Counted from the stretch's first letter, positions 37,765 to 46,870 are shown. The stretch is DNA of 64,000 nt from Candidatus Bilamarchaeum dharawalense (GCA_902386555.1 CABMJJ010000009.1:495384-559383), one strand, 5' to 3'. The notes: generated by a model not told the origin, from the letters alone. A program made the numbers and translations.

Positions 37765-37778
37765 ACGACAGCTGTCGT
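37765..37778. promoter_or_regulatory. perfect 14-bp palindrome ACGACAGCTGTCGT in a divergent intergenic region
   Basis: Read directly from the sequence. It lies between the OFOR operon (minus strand) and ORF 37847 (plus strand). Confidence 0.35.
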
Positions 37779-37846
37779 GTCTTACAGTTTACCAAGAAAT
37801 ATGGTCTTAATACCTATTTTTATACTTTTTGTAACATAATATAATC

Positions 37847-39028
37847 ATGCAAAATCCTACTGTTCAGAGAATTCAGTTTGGTAAAGTGCTTTCTGCAGGT
37901 CCTTCTGAATGCTGCGGTGAGACTGGCTATGTTATGGGGTTGGGTCAAAAACCCAAAGGCGCCAGGGGATTTTTATCTGCTGTACCGGCTTTGGGGGGTC
38001 TTGCTCAAGGCGATCCTGTCTATCGCCAGCTTATGGATACAATTCCAAATCTGAGAAAACATTCACTTAGGACAGAAGATGGGCCCTATGCTGATGTTGG
38101 CGGTGCAATAGCTCTTTTTGCAGAAGCACTTACCGAAGGAGTTCCAAGAACTGATCTTTACGCTATAATAGAACGACTGATTGATACTCGGCCAGCAGTT
38201 ATGGGCGATCTTCCAACTGGTCAGAGGATTGTAGATTTAGAATTTGAACAAAGATTTCCAAGAACATTTGACTGCGGCCTTCAGTTTAGATTGGATAGCG
38301 AATTCCCAGTTCCAGATGTTCTTACTACTGCTGGCAGAATATTAACCCAAACAGAAAGGCATGTTACTGAACAGGGAACCGGTGCTGACCTAATTCTTCA
38401 GCCCCATTCTACCGAACCATATATTCTTGCAGTTGCTGTTTTGAGGCATCTTGGATATGAGGCCTATCCTGCTCAAGCAGTTATTCCCAATGATATGCAA
38501 ACCGTTCGTTTCCAGCCTATTGTGGCTGTTATTGATTTTGATAAGGAGTATCCATTAACCACTTTTGATCTGTTAAGATATCACACCCCCATGGGCTCAG
38601 TAGATATTGTCAGTGATGTTGCCATGCTTGGTGCAACGTTTGCTGCATTGGCAGAAGCAAGAGTCAAACATTTGACTGTGGAAATGCTACTTCAGTATAA
38701 AGAAGGCAAGGAACTTTCTTTTGATGAACTTCAAAACCAGTTAAATCGAGTAGCGCACGCTCTTTTCGAAGCCCATACGCGATGGCCAGGTTGTCATTAC
38801 ATTAGCAATACATTACTCTACGCTTACGAAGATTTTGCCAATACTTTGTTTGCAATTGATCAAGGAAAACTAGGAACGCAGATGGCAGAAGCCAATCGAA
38901 CAGGTACCATATTGGGATTTGATCCACACGAAGCTCTTGCAAATCTTGCTGCTCAAGCAAAGGAAACAGCAGGTAGGTTTACTGATCATATCCGTACTGT
39001 TCTTGGGCAGAAAATAGATGCTAGTTAA
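37847..39028 (+). CDS. orphan hypothetical protein (lysine-poor)
   Basis: 393-aa ORF in which I recognise no family. I count 11 Lys. It ends 5 nt from the tRNA-Arg gene. Confidence 0.55.
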   Translation: MQNPTVQRIQFGKVLSAGPSECCGETGYVMGLGQKPKGARGFLSAVPALGGLAQGDPVYRQLMDTIPNLRKHSLRTEDGPYADVGGAIALFAEALTEGVPRTDLYAIIERLIDTRPAVMGDLPTGQRIVDLEFEQRFPRTFDCGLQFRLDSEFPVPDVLTTAGRILTQTERHVTEQGTGADLILQPHSTEPYILAVAVLRHLGYEAYPAQAVIPNDMQTVRFQPIVAVIDFDKEYPLTTFDLLRYHTPMGSVDIVSDVAMLGATFAALAEARVKHLTVEMLLQYKEGKELSFDELQNQLNRVAHALFEAHTRWPGCHYISNTLLYAYEDFANTLFAIDQGKLGTQMAEANRTGTILGFDPHEALANLAAQAKETAGRFTDHIRTVLGQKIDAS

Positions 39029-39033
39029 AAAAT

Positions 39034-39132
39034 CGGGCCCGACGGGATTTGAACCCGTAACCTATTGGTGTCCTCCGCCATCGGAGGTGGCATTCGAAGC
39101 CAATCGCCCTATCCAGGTTAGGCCACGGGCCC
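39034..39132 (-). tRNA. tRNA-Arg (anticodon UCG) with a 24-nt canonical-position intron
   Basis: Hand-folded. Acceptor GGGCCCG pairs with CGGGCCC. The anticodon arm is ATTGG-CTTCGA[intron]A-CCAAT and the T-arm is ACGGG-TTCAAAT-CCCGT. The intron is 39070..39093 and contains the CCTCCG/CGGAGG hairpin. Confidence 0.85.
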
Positions 39133-39158
39133 GTTAAACAAATAGTAAGCGGTATGCT

Positions 39159-40427
39159 TTAAATTCCCATTCGCATTTTTACTGGTGCCAATATTTGATC
39201 ATAGGAAAGTCCTACGGCCTGTTCATAGACCTCATTGAGAACTCTCTTGCAGTTTTCAGCAACAATCTCTATACTGCTCCTAAAATCGATGCCTGATTTT
39301 AATAACGCCCTAATCACTCCTCGCTCTGCTCTTAGGTGATCTGGAAAATCTGTTCCATTATATCTTGCCTCAGCTTCATGTACTATGTTTTCGAAAACAA
39401 ATCTCTCATATCTGTTCGGATGTTTGCCATATCCCATTTCTGCAAGCATTGCTCTATACTCGGACCTCCATACCTTATCGCAAATTCCTAGCATATGGTC
39501 AAATAGGTGCTGGAGTTCATGCTGTACTGCTCCATCGTTTTTATCAAAGACGAGGAGGGTGTTATCCACTGCAATACCACCAATATGTTCTGCACTAAAC
39601 ACACGGCTCTCAATAACATGACCCCTTAACGTAACATAACCCCTTAACGAGCCGCTTTCAAAGTCTGATCGTATTATCCCTGCATAGGATTTCCATTTTT
39701 CTATAAGAAGGTAAATTCCGCTATATTCAAGTTCCATACCAAACACTTCTGGCTCTTCGATCTCATCATCTCCAGATAGTTTCATAAGTGTCCTTCTTAC
39801 GTGAGGAGCCATAGCTTCGTTCGGAGGAAAAAAACCATAAAATGAACCTAATTCATCCGCTACAATAATATCCTCGAAACTTCTCTCTCCCGCTATTCTT
39901 TGTCTCATGAGTCTAATCGCTCTATCCAATCCTTCTGGGGTTCCTTCCGCTAAACTCGCCAATATAGTTGTTGTCTCTTCTATCTGCTTTATTGGCCTAT
40001 CCCTGAATCTAATTTCTCTCCCATTACAAAAAATATCTGAAGCACATTGATAAAATCGATCTGGCGGCGTGTTCCTAAATATCTTCATATATGCTATGGG
40101 ATTACCAGAAGCCAAAGCAAGTTCCAGCCCCAAATTAATTGCTCTGAGCCTTGCACTCAAAAGGCTGGCCTCGGAATTTACAACTGTTTCGGGTGCGGTT
40201 TCAATTCCATGCAAACTATTTAATCTTTCCACACTGCCTCTAATTCTGCTATTCTGGATCATAATTCGAACTTCTCGAGCAAATCGTGTGTCTTTTGCAA
40301 TTTCGTCTGGTATCCTCGGCCCCTCGGCAAGGATATCACAAACCAATCTACGCTCTTGTTTAGGGATACCTCTAAGTTCCTGCATGGCTTTGTCTACTAC
40401 TAGCCCACGAGAGGTCATCCTAGTCAT
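39159..40427 (-). CDS. orphan protein with an HExxH zincin-like motif (lysine-poor)
   Basis: 422 aa. The HELQHLFDH segment is followed by EYRAMLAEMGYG. I count 14 Lys. It ends 26 nt from the 5' end of tRNA-Arg. Confidence 0.55.
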   Translation of the reverse strand: MTRMTSRGLVVDKAMQELRGIPKQERRLVCDILAEGPRIPDEIAKDTRFAREVRIMIQNSRIRGSVERLNSLHGIETAPETVVNSEASLLSARLRAINLGLELALASGNPIAYMKIFRNTPPDRFYQCASDIFCNGREIRFRDRPIKQIEETTTILASLAEGTPEGLDRAIRLMRQRIAGERSFEDIIVADELGSFYGFFPPNEAMAPHVRRTLMKLSGDDEIEEPEVFGMELEYSGIYLLIEKWKSYAGIIRSDFESGSLRGYVTLRGHVIESRVFSAEHIGGIAVDNTLLVFDKNDGAVQHELQHLFDHMLGICDKVWRSEYRAMLAEMGYGKHPNRYERFVFENIVHEAEARYNGTDFPDHLRAERGVIRALLKSGIDFRSSIEIVAENCKRVLNEVYEQAVGLSYDQILAPVKMRMGI

Positions 40428-40464
40428 TGTTATAATTAGTGTTAGAAAGGGTATTTAAACATAG

Positions 40465-41361
40465 TTATTGTGTTAAAACTTCACAACCATTCTTTGTTAC
40501 AAGAATGGTGTGTTCTGCCTGCGAAACCAATCCTCTACTAACTTCCCTTAAAATCGGATAGCCTCGCAGGAACTGATTTTGGAGCAACTCCTTAAGAGCG
40601 GCGCTCACAAGCAATTTTGATGGGAATTCTTTTCTCACCCATCGTTCTGCAAATGGAAGCATCCCATAATTCTTTATCACATGTTCAACTATTTTACGCG
40701 ATTGCCTCATCCTAACATTGGATGGTGCATATAATGAAAATATTTCAACCTGCTCAAGATCTTCAACATATCCTGTTCCGGTGGTTGCAAAAGGTTCCAC
40801 GGCAAAGATATCCCCTTCTTTGAATTGGTAGGGGTCACGCGTTCTTATGTTTGGTATTTCTACTCCGGCATGGAGCTCATTTGATTTTATCATATGGCCA
40901 GAGAGGTTGGAAATGGGCTTGAATCCATATTTGTTTATTGTTTCTTCTATTATTCCTCCAACTTCGCCAACTGCAATTCCTGGTTTAATTGAGCCTATTG
41001 CGTTCTCAAGTGCTTCCTCTGAAGCTTTGACTAACTTTTCATTGTTTCCGCTTAGATCAACGGTGTAGGCAGTGTCAGAAAGTGCTCCATCCACTTCTAT
41101 TCCAAGGTCAATTTTAACCAGTGCACCATCTTCCATCAGAGCTGTCGAATCAAATTCAGGGGTATAGTGAGCGGCTATGTCATTTATTGAAATATTAACT
41201 GGGAATGCTGGTTTTGCACCCTCATCCTTTATGCTCTGCTCTACCATATCTGCTATATCCAGCAAAGTTTCGCCCACCATAATCAGGCGTTTGCTTTCTT
41301 CTCTTATTTTTGCAGCAATTTTTCCTGCCTTTCTAAATCTTTCCAATTCGTCGTCAGACAT
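40465..41361 (-). CDS. map: methionine aminopeptidase, type 2 (archaeal)
   Basis: The pita-bread fold segments are AAHYTP, IDLGIEVDGALSDTAYT, LSGH, FAVEPFATTG and AEHTILV. The ATG at 41361 is preferred over the TTG at 41370. Confidence 0.85.
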   Translation of the reverse strand: MSDDELERFRKAGKIAAKIREESKRLIMVGETLLDIADMVEQSIKDEGAKPAFPVNISINDIAAHYTPEFDSTALMEDGALVKIDLGIEVDGALSDTAYTVDLSGNNEKLVKASEEALENAIGSIKPGIAVGEVGGIIEETINKYGFKPISNLSGHMIKSNELHAGVEIPNIRTRDPYQFKEGDIFAVEPFATTGTGYVEDLEQVEIFSLYAPSNVRMRQSRKIVEHVIKNYGMLPFAERWVRKEFPSKLLVSAALKELLQNQFLRGYPILREVSRGLVSQAEHTILVTKNGCEVLTQ

Positions 41362-41436
41362 GAGTATCAACTGTCAATAAATGTTGTTTTCAGTTTAAAA
41401 AATGCGTCTATGGTCTGGTAATTTTTGTGACACAGA

Positions 41437-41450
41437 TTTAAATATAAAAA
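41437..41450 (+). promoter_or_regulatory. TATA-box candidate (TTTAAATATAAAAA)
   Basis: It is centred about 23 nt upstream of the ATG at 41466, which suggests a leaderless transcript. Confidence 0.4.
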
Positions 41451-41465
41451 ATTCGCAATTAAAAC

Positions 41466-41744
41466 ATGGAACTCCGTTTCCGACAACACGGCCAAAAAGC
41501 CGTTGCTGAAATGCGAGTTCCACAAAAACAACCGATAAGAGCCAGGATCCCAGATCTTGAAGACCCAATCTGGATACCAATGATCGAGGAACATAATCGT
41601 CGGGAAAGGGAAAAAAGACGGCCACCCAAAGATGACCGCCCACAACTCCCTCTATATATTGATGATGAGCCTCCACCCAACTGGCGTCCAGATGAAAGGA
41701 AACCACCAACTGAAGAGCGTGGCGTAATTATCATACAGATGTAA
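41466..41744 (+). CDS. small charged Pro/Arg/Glu-rich hypothetical protein
   Basis: 92-aa ORF with its own TATA candidate. It ends 25 nt before the Lhr start. The three overlapping minus-strand track ORFs are judged spurious. Confidence 0.4.
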   Translation: MELRFRQHGQKAVAEMRVPQKQPIRARIPDLEDPIWIPMIEEHNRREREKRRPPKDDRPQLPLYIDDEPPPNWRPDERKPPTEERGVIIIQM

Positions 41745-41769
41745 ATCTTTCCATACAAAATCATTATAC

Positions 41770-44331
41770 ATGCCCAGCGTAGCCGATCTAGTCCGAGAAC
41801 GGTTTGGCGAATTAACACCAATTCAGAAAATCGCCATGCCCAATGTGCTTGCTGGTCAAAATGTTTTGATCCTGGCACCCACAGGCTCTGGAAAAACAGA
41901 AAGTGCACTACTTCCTATTTTGGAAAAAATAAAAAAGCCGCTGGCCGGTGACGGCAAGGGAATTCGGGCATTATATATCACCCCGCTGCGTGCTCTTTCC
42001 CGCGATCTTAAACAGAGATTTAACTGGTGGTGCGATCGTCTTGAGATAAGTCACGATATTCGTACTGGTGATACCACTCTTGCAGAAAGAGCAAAACACC
42101 GACAAAACCCCCCCCAGATTCTCTTAACCACTGTGGAATCTCTGCAGGCACTTCTTCTTGGTAGGGTTATGAGAAAACATCTTTCCACCATCGAATTTGT
42201 TATTGTGGACGAAATCCATGATATTCTTGATAACAAACGCGGAGCCCAACTTTCCCTTGGGCTTGAGCGCCTAAATGAAATTGCCAAATTCCAAAGAATC
42301 GGAATCAGTGCCACTGTTGCCAACGAATCTGAAGCTGCAAAGCTTCTGTTTGGCGAAAGACCATTTCAAATTTGCGAGAGCGGTAAAAATCGTCAGATGG
42401 ATTTTTCCGTTGAAGAACTTTCCAATGAAAAGCGTTTGGAACGAATCAAAGACCTAAGTGAAAAATTTCGTTCGTTGATTTTTGTCAACACGAGAAGTAC
42501 TGCAGAAGAAATAGGTGCATCACTCAAAAAACTAAATGCACCTTTGGGCATCCATCATGGTTCTCTTGCCAAAGAGGTGCGTCAAATCACCGAAGATGAT
42601 TTCAAAAGCGGTAAAATAAATTCTATCCTTTGCACATCATCTCTTGAACTTGGAATTGATGTTGGCGACGTTTCTTTAGTGCTTCAATATGGTTCCCCCC
42701 ACCAGGTTTTCAGACTTATCCAAAGAGTTGGTCGATCTGGCCATAGTCTTGAAAAAACTCCAAAAGGAATTATTTTCTGTTCAGATTTTGACGATCGCCT
42801 TGAAAGCGAAGTGATAACTGTTTTTGCTAAAAACGGATGGATGGAGGATAAGAAAAGCGAAGTTGGAGCACTGGATGTTATTGCCCACCAGGTTATCGGT
42901 CTTTGTCTTGATTTTGGCAGACTTGAACTCTCTCAAATCCATTCTATTCTGTCCAGATCCTATGCATACAATATTTCCTTTGATAAACTTCGCATGATTG
43001 CCCTGCAACTCTATGGCGAGGGATTGATCTATTATGATGAAACGCCCAAGGACGTTTTGATTAAAGCAAAACCGCGTGCGCGAATCTACTATTCTGATTT
43101 TTTAAGTACCATTCCAAAAACTAAAAAGTTCCTTCTTCGTGATATCTCATCCAATCGTTTTATTTCTAGTTTAGATGAAGAGTTTGTTGTTAATCTTGAA
43201 TCTGGTTCGAGTTTTCTCTCCCATGGGCTGGCCTGGAGGGTAATTGATATTACTGAAAAAGAAGTTCTTGCAGAACCAACTTCTGGTCTTGATATTATGA
43301 TTCCATCCTGGACCGGAGAGGATATTCCAGTTTCATTTGAAGTTGCTCAGGAAGTCGGAAGAATGCGATCAATAAAAAAAGAGACTTCGCCACTTCCGGA
43401 TGACAAGACTGTTGTTATTGAGATTGTGGAAGATTTAATCGTTATTCACGCTTGTTTTGGAACCAAAATCAACGAAGCCATATCAAGAGTTTTCTCAAAA
43501 CAACTTACAAGTTTGATTGGTGAAAGCGTAATCGCAGTTTCTGATCCATACAGAATTCTAGTCAAGCTGCCTTTCCCAATGAAAGAAGAATATGTTAAAC
43601 GCGCGTTTGAAAATGTTAGAAATATCCAAAACCAGCTTACCGATGCATTGGAACATTCATCGTTGTTAAAATTTAAGTTTCTCCACGTTGCACGCATGTT
43701 CGGTTTGTTGTCGGTTGAGGGAACTTTAAATTCCCGGTACATTCAGGTACTTCGTCATTCTGTTATCTATGAAGAAACAATCCGCTCGATTTTTTTCCGG
43801 TATTTTGATGTTGAAAAAACAGAAGAAATCCTTGGTAAAATACGAAACAAACAGATTCAGGTTATTTATGACCTAAGGAAAAAACCAAGCTATTTTGCTC
43901 AAATTGGATTGGAACGAGTTTCCGGTGCAGAATCCATCGGTGCTTTCGAACCTCGCGAACGCATTCTTTCTGCATTTAAGGAAAATGCATTATCAAAAAC
44001 CGTTCGATTGGTTTGTCTTCATTGCAAGGCAACCAGGTTTATGCATTTGGCAAGTGCACCGGAAAAAATAAAATGTCATAATTGCAATCAATCTGCATTT
44101 GCACTGGTTAGTAAAGAAGGAGAAGCGCACCATGATCTTGAATTCTCTGCTGGTCTTATCAGAGCATATGGAAAACAAGCATTGATTGCCCTCTCCACCT
44201 ATGGCATAGGTCCATCCACTGCAGATCGTGTTCTCAGAAGACTACACAAAACAGAAGAAGCATTTTTTTTGGACTTGATCGAAGCCCAGAAAAATTTTAT
44301 TAAAAATAAAAAATATTGGAAATTACACTGA
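41770..44331 (+). CDS. lhr: Lhr-type ATP-dependent DNA helicase
   Basis: ELTPIQ, LILAPTGSGKTE, VIVDEIHD, and RVGRSGH; length 853 aa with Lhr-like C-terminal domains including a CHNC/CLHC ribbon. Confidence 0.8.
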   Translation: MPSVADLVRERFGELTPIQKIAMPNVLAGQNVLILAPTGSGKTESALLPILEKIKKPLAGDGKGIRALYITPLRALSRDLKQRFNWWCDRLEISHDIRTGDTTLAERAKHRQNPPQILLTTVESLQALLLGRVMRKHLSTIEFVIVDEIHDILDNKRGAQLSLGLERLNEIAKFQRIGISATVANESEAAKLLFGERPFQICESGKNRQMDFSVEELSNEKRLERIKDLSEKFRSLIFVNTRSTAEEIGASLKKLNAPLGIHHGSLAKEVRQITEDDFKSGKINSILCTSSLELGIDVGDVSLVLQYGSPHQVFRLIQRVGRSGHSLEKTPKGIIFCSDFDDRLESEVITVFAKNGWMEDKKSEVGALDVIAHQVIGLCLDFGRLELSQIHSILSRSYAYNISFDKLRMIALQLYGEGLIYYDETPKDVLIKAKPRARIYYSDFLSTIPKTKKFLLRDISSNRFISSLDEEFVVNLESGSSFLSHGLAWRVIDITEKEVLAEPTSGLDIMIPSWTGEDIPVSFEVAQEVGRMRSIKKETSPLPDDKTVVIEIVEDLIVIHACFGTKINEAISRVFSKQLTSLIGESVIAVSDPYRILVKLPFPMKEEYVKRAFENVRNIQNQLTDALEHSSLLKFKFLHVARMFGLLSVEGTLNSRYIQVLRHSVIYEETIRSIFFRYFDVEKTEEILGKIRNKQIQVIYDLRKKPSYFAQIGLERVSGAESIGAFEPRERILSAFKENALSKTVRLVCLHCKATRFMHLASAPEKIKCHNCNQSAFALVSKEGEAHHDLEFSAGLIRAYGKQALIALSTYGIGPSTADRVLRRLHKTEEAFFLDLIEAQKNFIKNKKYWKLH

Positions 44332-45390
44332 AGGCGTCATGCCCACAATTCCTGGTCTGGATTCGTGGTATCCCACTTCATCAAAGCTTCCTGTTTTACC
44401 CGGAACCGTTGTTGGGCCAGTTGTTGCTTCCAAAAGAAGATAGGTTTGTTTTTTACCCCTCACTTCTAATTCAACGAACTGCAATTCAGTATTTTTCATA
44501 TACACTAATCCAATGAAAACGTCATATCTGCTGAGTATGGCTGCCCGTACTGCATTTTTAACCATACCTCTTCGATAGTCATTCGGTTCTTCTGATATCA
44601 TAACACCTATAAATTCATGTCCCAGGTCACTGCTATGATTTTTTGCAGAAACCAGGATTGTTTTTGCACCTATTGCTTCAAGCATGGATGCCAAGGCAAC
44701 TGACATACACTTACAATCTCCTATCCCTGCCTCCAGAGTCACTGCAGGCAGTCTTGGTTCTGTTGGATGTGAAGTATTCAGGTATTCTATCTTTCTAACA
44801 ACATAGTCAAAAATATCACAAATTTGATCTATGCTAAGCGGTCCTTTTTTTCTTACTGCTTCTTTAACTGCTCTAAGAACAACTGGGTCATCTGGAGTTA
44901 TCATCCTCTGAGAATCGGATAAGGCCCCCCTACCTGATCTTCTAAGTAAATCTGCATATCCAGTTCCAGCAAACGGGTCAACACCCACTATCTCAATTAT
45001 TACTCGATCACCATCATATACCGGCCTTGGTCTTTCTCTAACTCTTTCCCTTCTTGGTTTTGCATCCTGTTGCGTTTTTATGTCTGTTTCATCTCTCAAT
45101 GCTCTTATCATGGTTGGTGATTCATCAAGTCCAAAACCTATTGTAGAAACAACTTCTGATTTTTGTGCTGGTCCAGCTTCGTCTATGGCTGTTGCGAATT
45201 CTTTAGCTAATAGTCGTGCGGCTTTTGTTCTTTCACTAGCATCAGTAATACTTTCCACTGCCCTGGCTATGACCACTATATCCTCTCTTGCATCTGGTCC
45301 AGAAGGATTTGCCTTGAATCTTGCCAGTGCTGAAGGTATTGATCGTACGTCTGCATCAGGGCCGTCTTTCTTACCTCTAAGGGTTGGCAT
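44323..45390 (-). CDS. transglutaminase-like cysteine protease-fold protein with a long charged N-terminal region
   Basis: GIGDCKCMSVALASMLEAIGA (Cys core) is followed by GHEF. It overlaps the 3' end of Lhr by 9 nt. Confidence 0.5.
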   Translation of the reverse strand: MPTLRGKKDGPDADVRSIPSALARFKANPSGPDAREDIVVIARAVESITDASERTKAARLLAKEFATAIDEAGPAQKSEVVSTIGFGLDESPTMIRALRDETDIKTQQDAKPRRERVRERPRPVYDGDRVIIEIVGVDPFAGTGYADLLRRSGRGALSDSQRMITPDDPVVLRAVKEAVRKKGPLSIDQICDIFDYVVRKIEYLNTSHPTEPRLPAVTLEAGIGDCKCMSVALASMLEAIGAKTILVSAKNHSSDLGHEFIGVMISEEPNDYRRGMVKNAVRAAILSRYDVFIGLVYMKNTELQFVELEVRGKKQTYLLLEATTGPTTVPGKTGSFDEVGYHESRPGIVGMTPSV

Positions 45391-45438
45391 GTTTTCATAC
45401 TAATTATGTGTGAAAATATTTAAAAACATGTACTATTG

Positions 45439-45867
45439 CTAGTCTTCTATATGCGCTTTCATCAATGGCTCTTTTGAATAAAGAATTGCCAGAATAAGTA
45501 TGGTTCCAACTATGGTCTCAATCCACATTCCCAATCCAGCCAATACACCGACAGAAGCAGTTACCCATATGGCAGCTGCGGTTGTCAATCCAGCTGGTTT
45601 GTTTATCCCGTTTCTCCATATCACTCCCAAGCCAAGGAAACCAACACCAGCAACTATCTGTGCAATTATTCTGGTTGGGTCAAATGTGTTTGGCGCAGCC
45701 AGGCTAAACATATCTGCAATTGAAACTAGAGTAAAGATGGCTGAACCTAGAGAAATTAAAGCAAATGTTCGTATCCCAGCTGGCTTTCGTCTTCTGGACA
45801 GACCGATCAACAATCCTATGATAACCGATGCAATAAGCCTGATTACAATCTCAAATTCGTTCAGCAT
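45439..45867 (-). CDS. MgtC/SapB family membrane protein
   Basis: RRRKPAGIRTFALISLGSAIFTLVS and four or five TM helices. Confidence 0.75.
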   Translation of the reverse strand: MLNEFEIVIRLIASVIIGLLIGLSRRRKPAGIRTFALISLGSAIFTLVSIADMFSLAAPNTFDPTRIIAQIVAGVGFLGLGVIWRNGINKPAGLTTAAAIWVTASVGVLAGLGMWIETIVGTILILAILYSKEPLMKAHIED

Positions 45868-45920
45868 ACTTCGATATTTGTGACAGATGTTTATAAGCTT
45901 TTATCGAACCACATTTTAAC

Positions 45921-46490
45921 ATGGCCAGACATTTGGATTTGCGATCGGTAGGCGGAACTCTACAGCCCCAGTTTAGAAAAGCAACTGTGCTTGGCGAAGG
46001 AATTCAGGTACTTTCCGATCGTGAACTGGGCAAATTACTCCACCAGTTTCACTATTCCAATCCTGATTCTATTTTTACCCGATTTCTGGCTGCCAAAAAA
46101 AATCTGCAGGAAACCTTTGGTGGTACGGTGGAACTGATCCATGATCAAAGTGGCATTACCAGGATAGCAGCCAAGCTAGAATTTTTTACTACTCACCTGA
46201 GGTTAGATGAAGATCTTCATCGTTTGGTGGTTGGAATGGGTTTTGATTTACGTCTTCACCATCTGGCAGATGAGCATGTTTATCATATTTCTGAAGGCCG
46301 GCAGCACAGTTACCGTGAAATATCTTCCATTGCTACTGTTGCAGATGACCTTCTAAGGCTTGCATTAATGCTTGAAAATTTCCCAGTAGCTTCAGTCCGA
46401 GGGCAAACTGCTTCTGATGGACAGGTTACTGGCCAGGTTCCGCACCTTCGATTAGTTGGTTCTGCAGCCGCATTGGCAATACTGCCCTGA
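45921..46490 (+). CDS. orphan hypothetical protein
   Basis: 189-aa ORF in which I recognise no family. It is His/Arg/Leu-rich. Confidence 0.45.
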   Translation: MARHLDLRSVGGTLQPQFRKATVLGEGIQVLSDRELGKLLHQFHYSNPDSIFTRFLAAKKNLQETFGGTVELIHDQSGITRIAAKLEFFTTHLRLDEDLHRLVVGMGFDLRLHHLADEHVYHISEGRQHSYREISSIATVADDLLRLALMLENFPVASVRGQTASDGQVTGQVPHLRLVGSAAALAILP

Positions 46491-46519
46491 TTTTAATTTT
46501 TCTCATTTCTTATACTAGC

Positions 46520-46870
46520 ATGTATAAACAAACAATTGTTGTTCGCGCTGATCTTAAGATGGGGCGAGGCAAGCTGGCGGCACAATCCAGTCACGCATCC
46601 CTATCTGCCTACAAAAAAGTTTCAAAATCAAATCCAGAAATAATCAAGGCATGGGAGATGGAAGGCCAGAAAAAAGTTGTTTTGAAAGTTAATGGTGAAG
46701 CAGAGCTGTTCGAATTTTTTCAAAAGGGAAAGGATGCTGGCATACCATGTGAAATAATAAGAGATGCCGGGGCCACTCAGCTTGAACCCGGAACCTACAC
46801 TTGTTTTGGTGCTGGGCCCTGGGATGAAAAAACTCTTGATCAAATATTTGGGAAGTTAAAACTACTTTAA
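46520..46870 (+). CDS. pth2: peptidyl-tRNA hydrolase, archaeal/eukaryotic Pth2 type
   Basis: KQTIVVRADLKMGRGKLAAQSSHAS...DAGATQLEPGTYTCFGAGP. Confidence 0.85.
   Translation: MYKQTIVVRADLKMGRGKLAAQSSHASLSAYKKVSKSNPEIIKAWEMEGQKKVVLKVNGEAELFEFFQKGKDAGIPCEIIRDAGATQLEPGTYTCFGAGPWDEKTLDQIFGKLKLL

Noticed and set aside
41367-41908. Three overlapping minus-strand ORFs between the map and lhr genes
   Set aside because: They overlap each other and the 5' end of lhr, and they have odd compositions (Trp/Phe/Ser/Gly-rich). I recorded the plus-strand small ORF, which has a TATA-like box, at low confidence instead.
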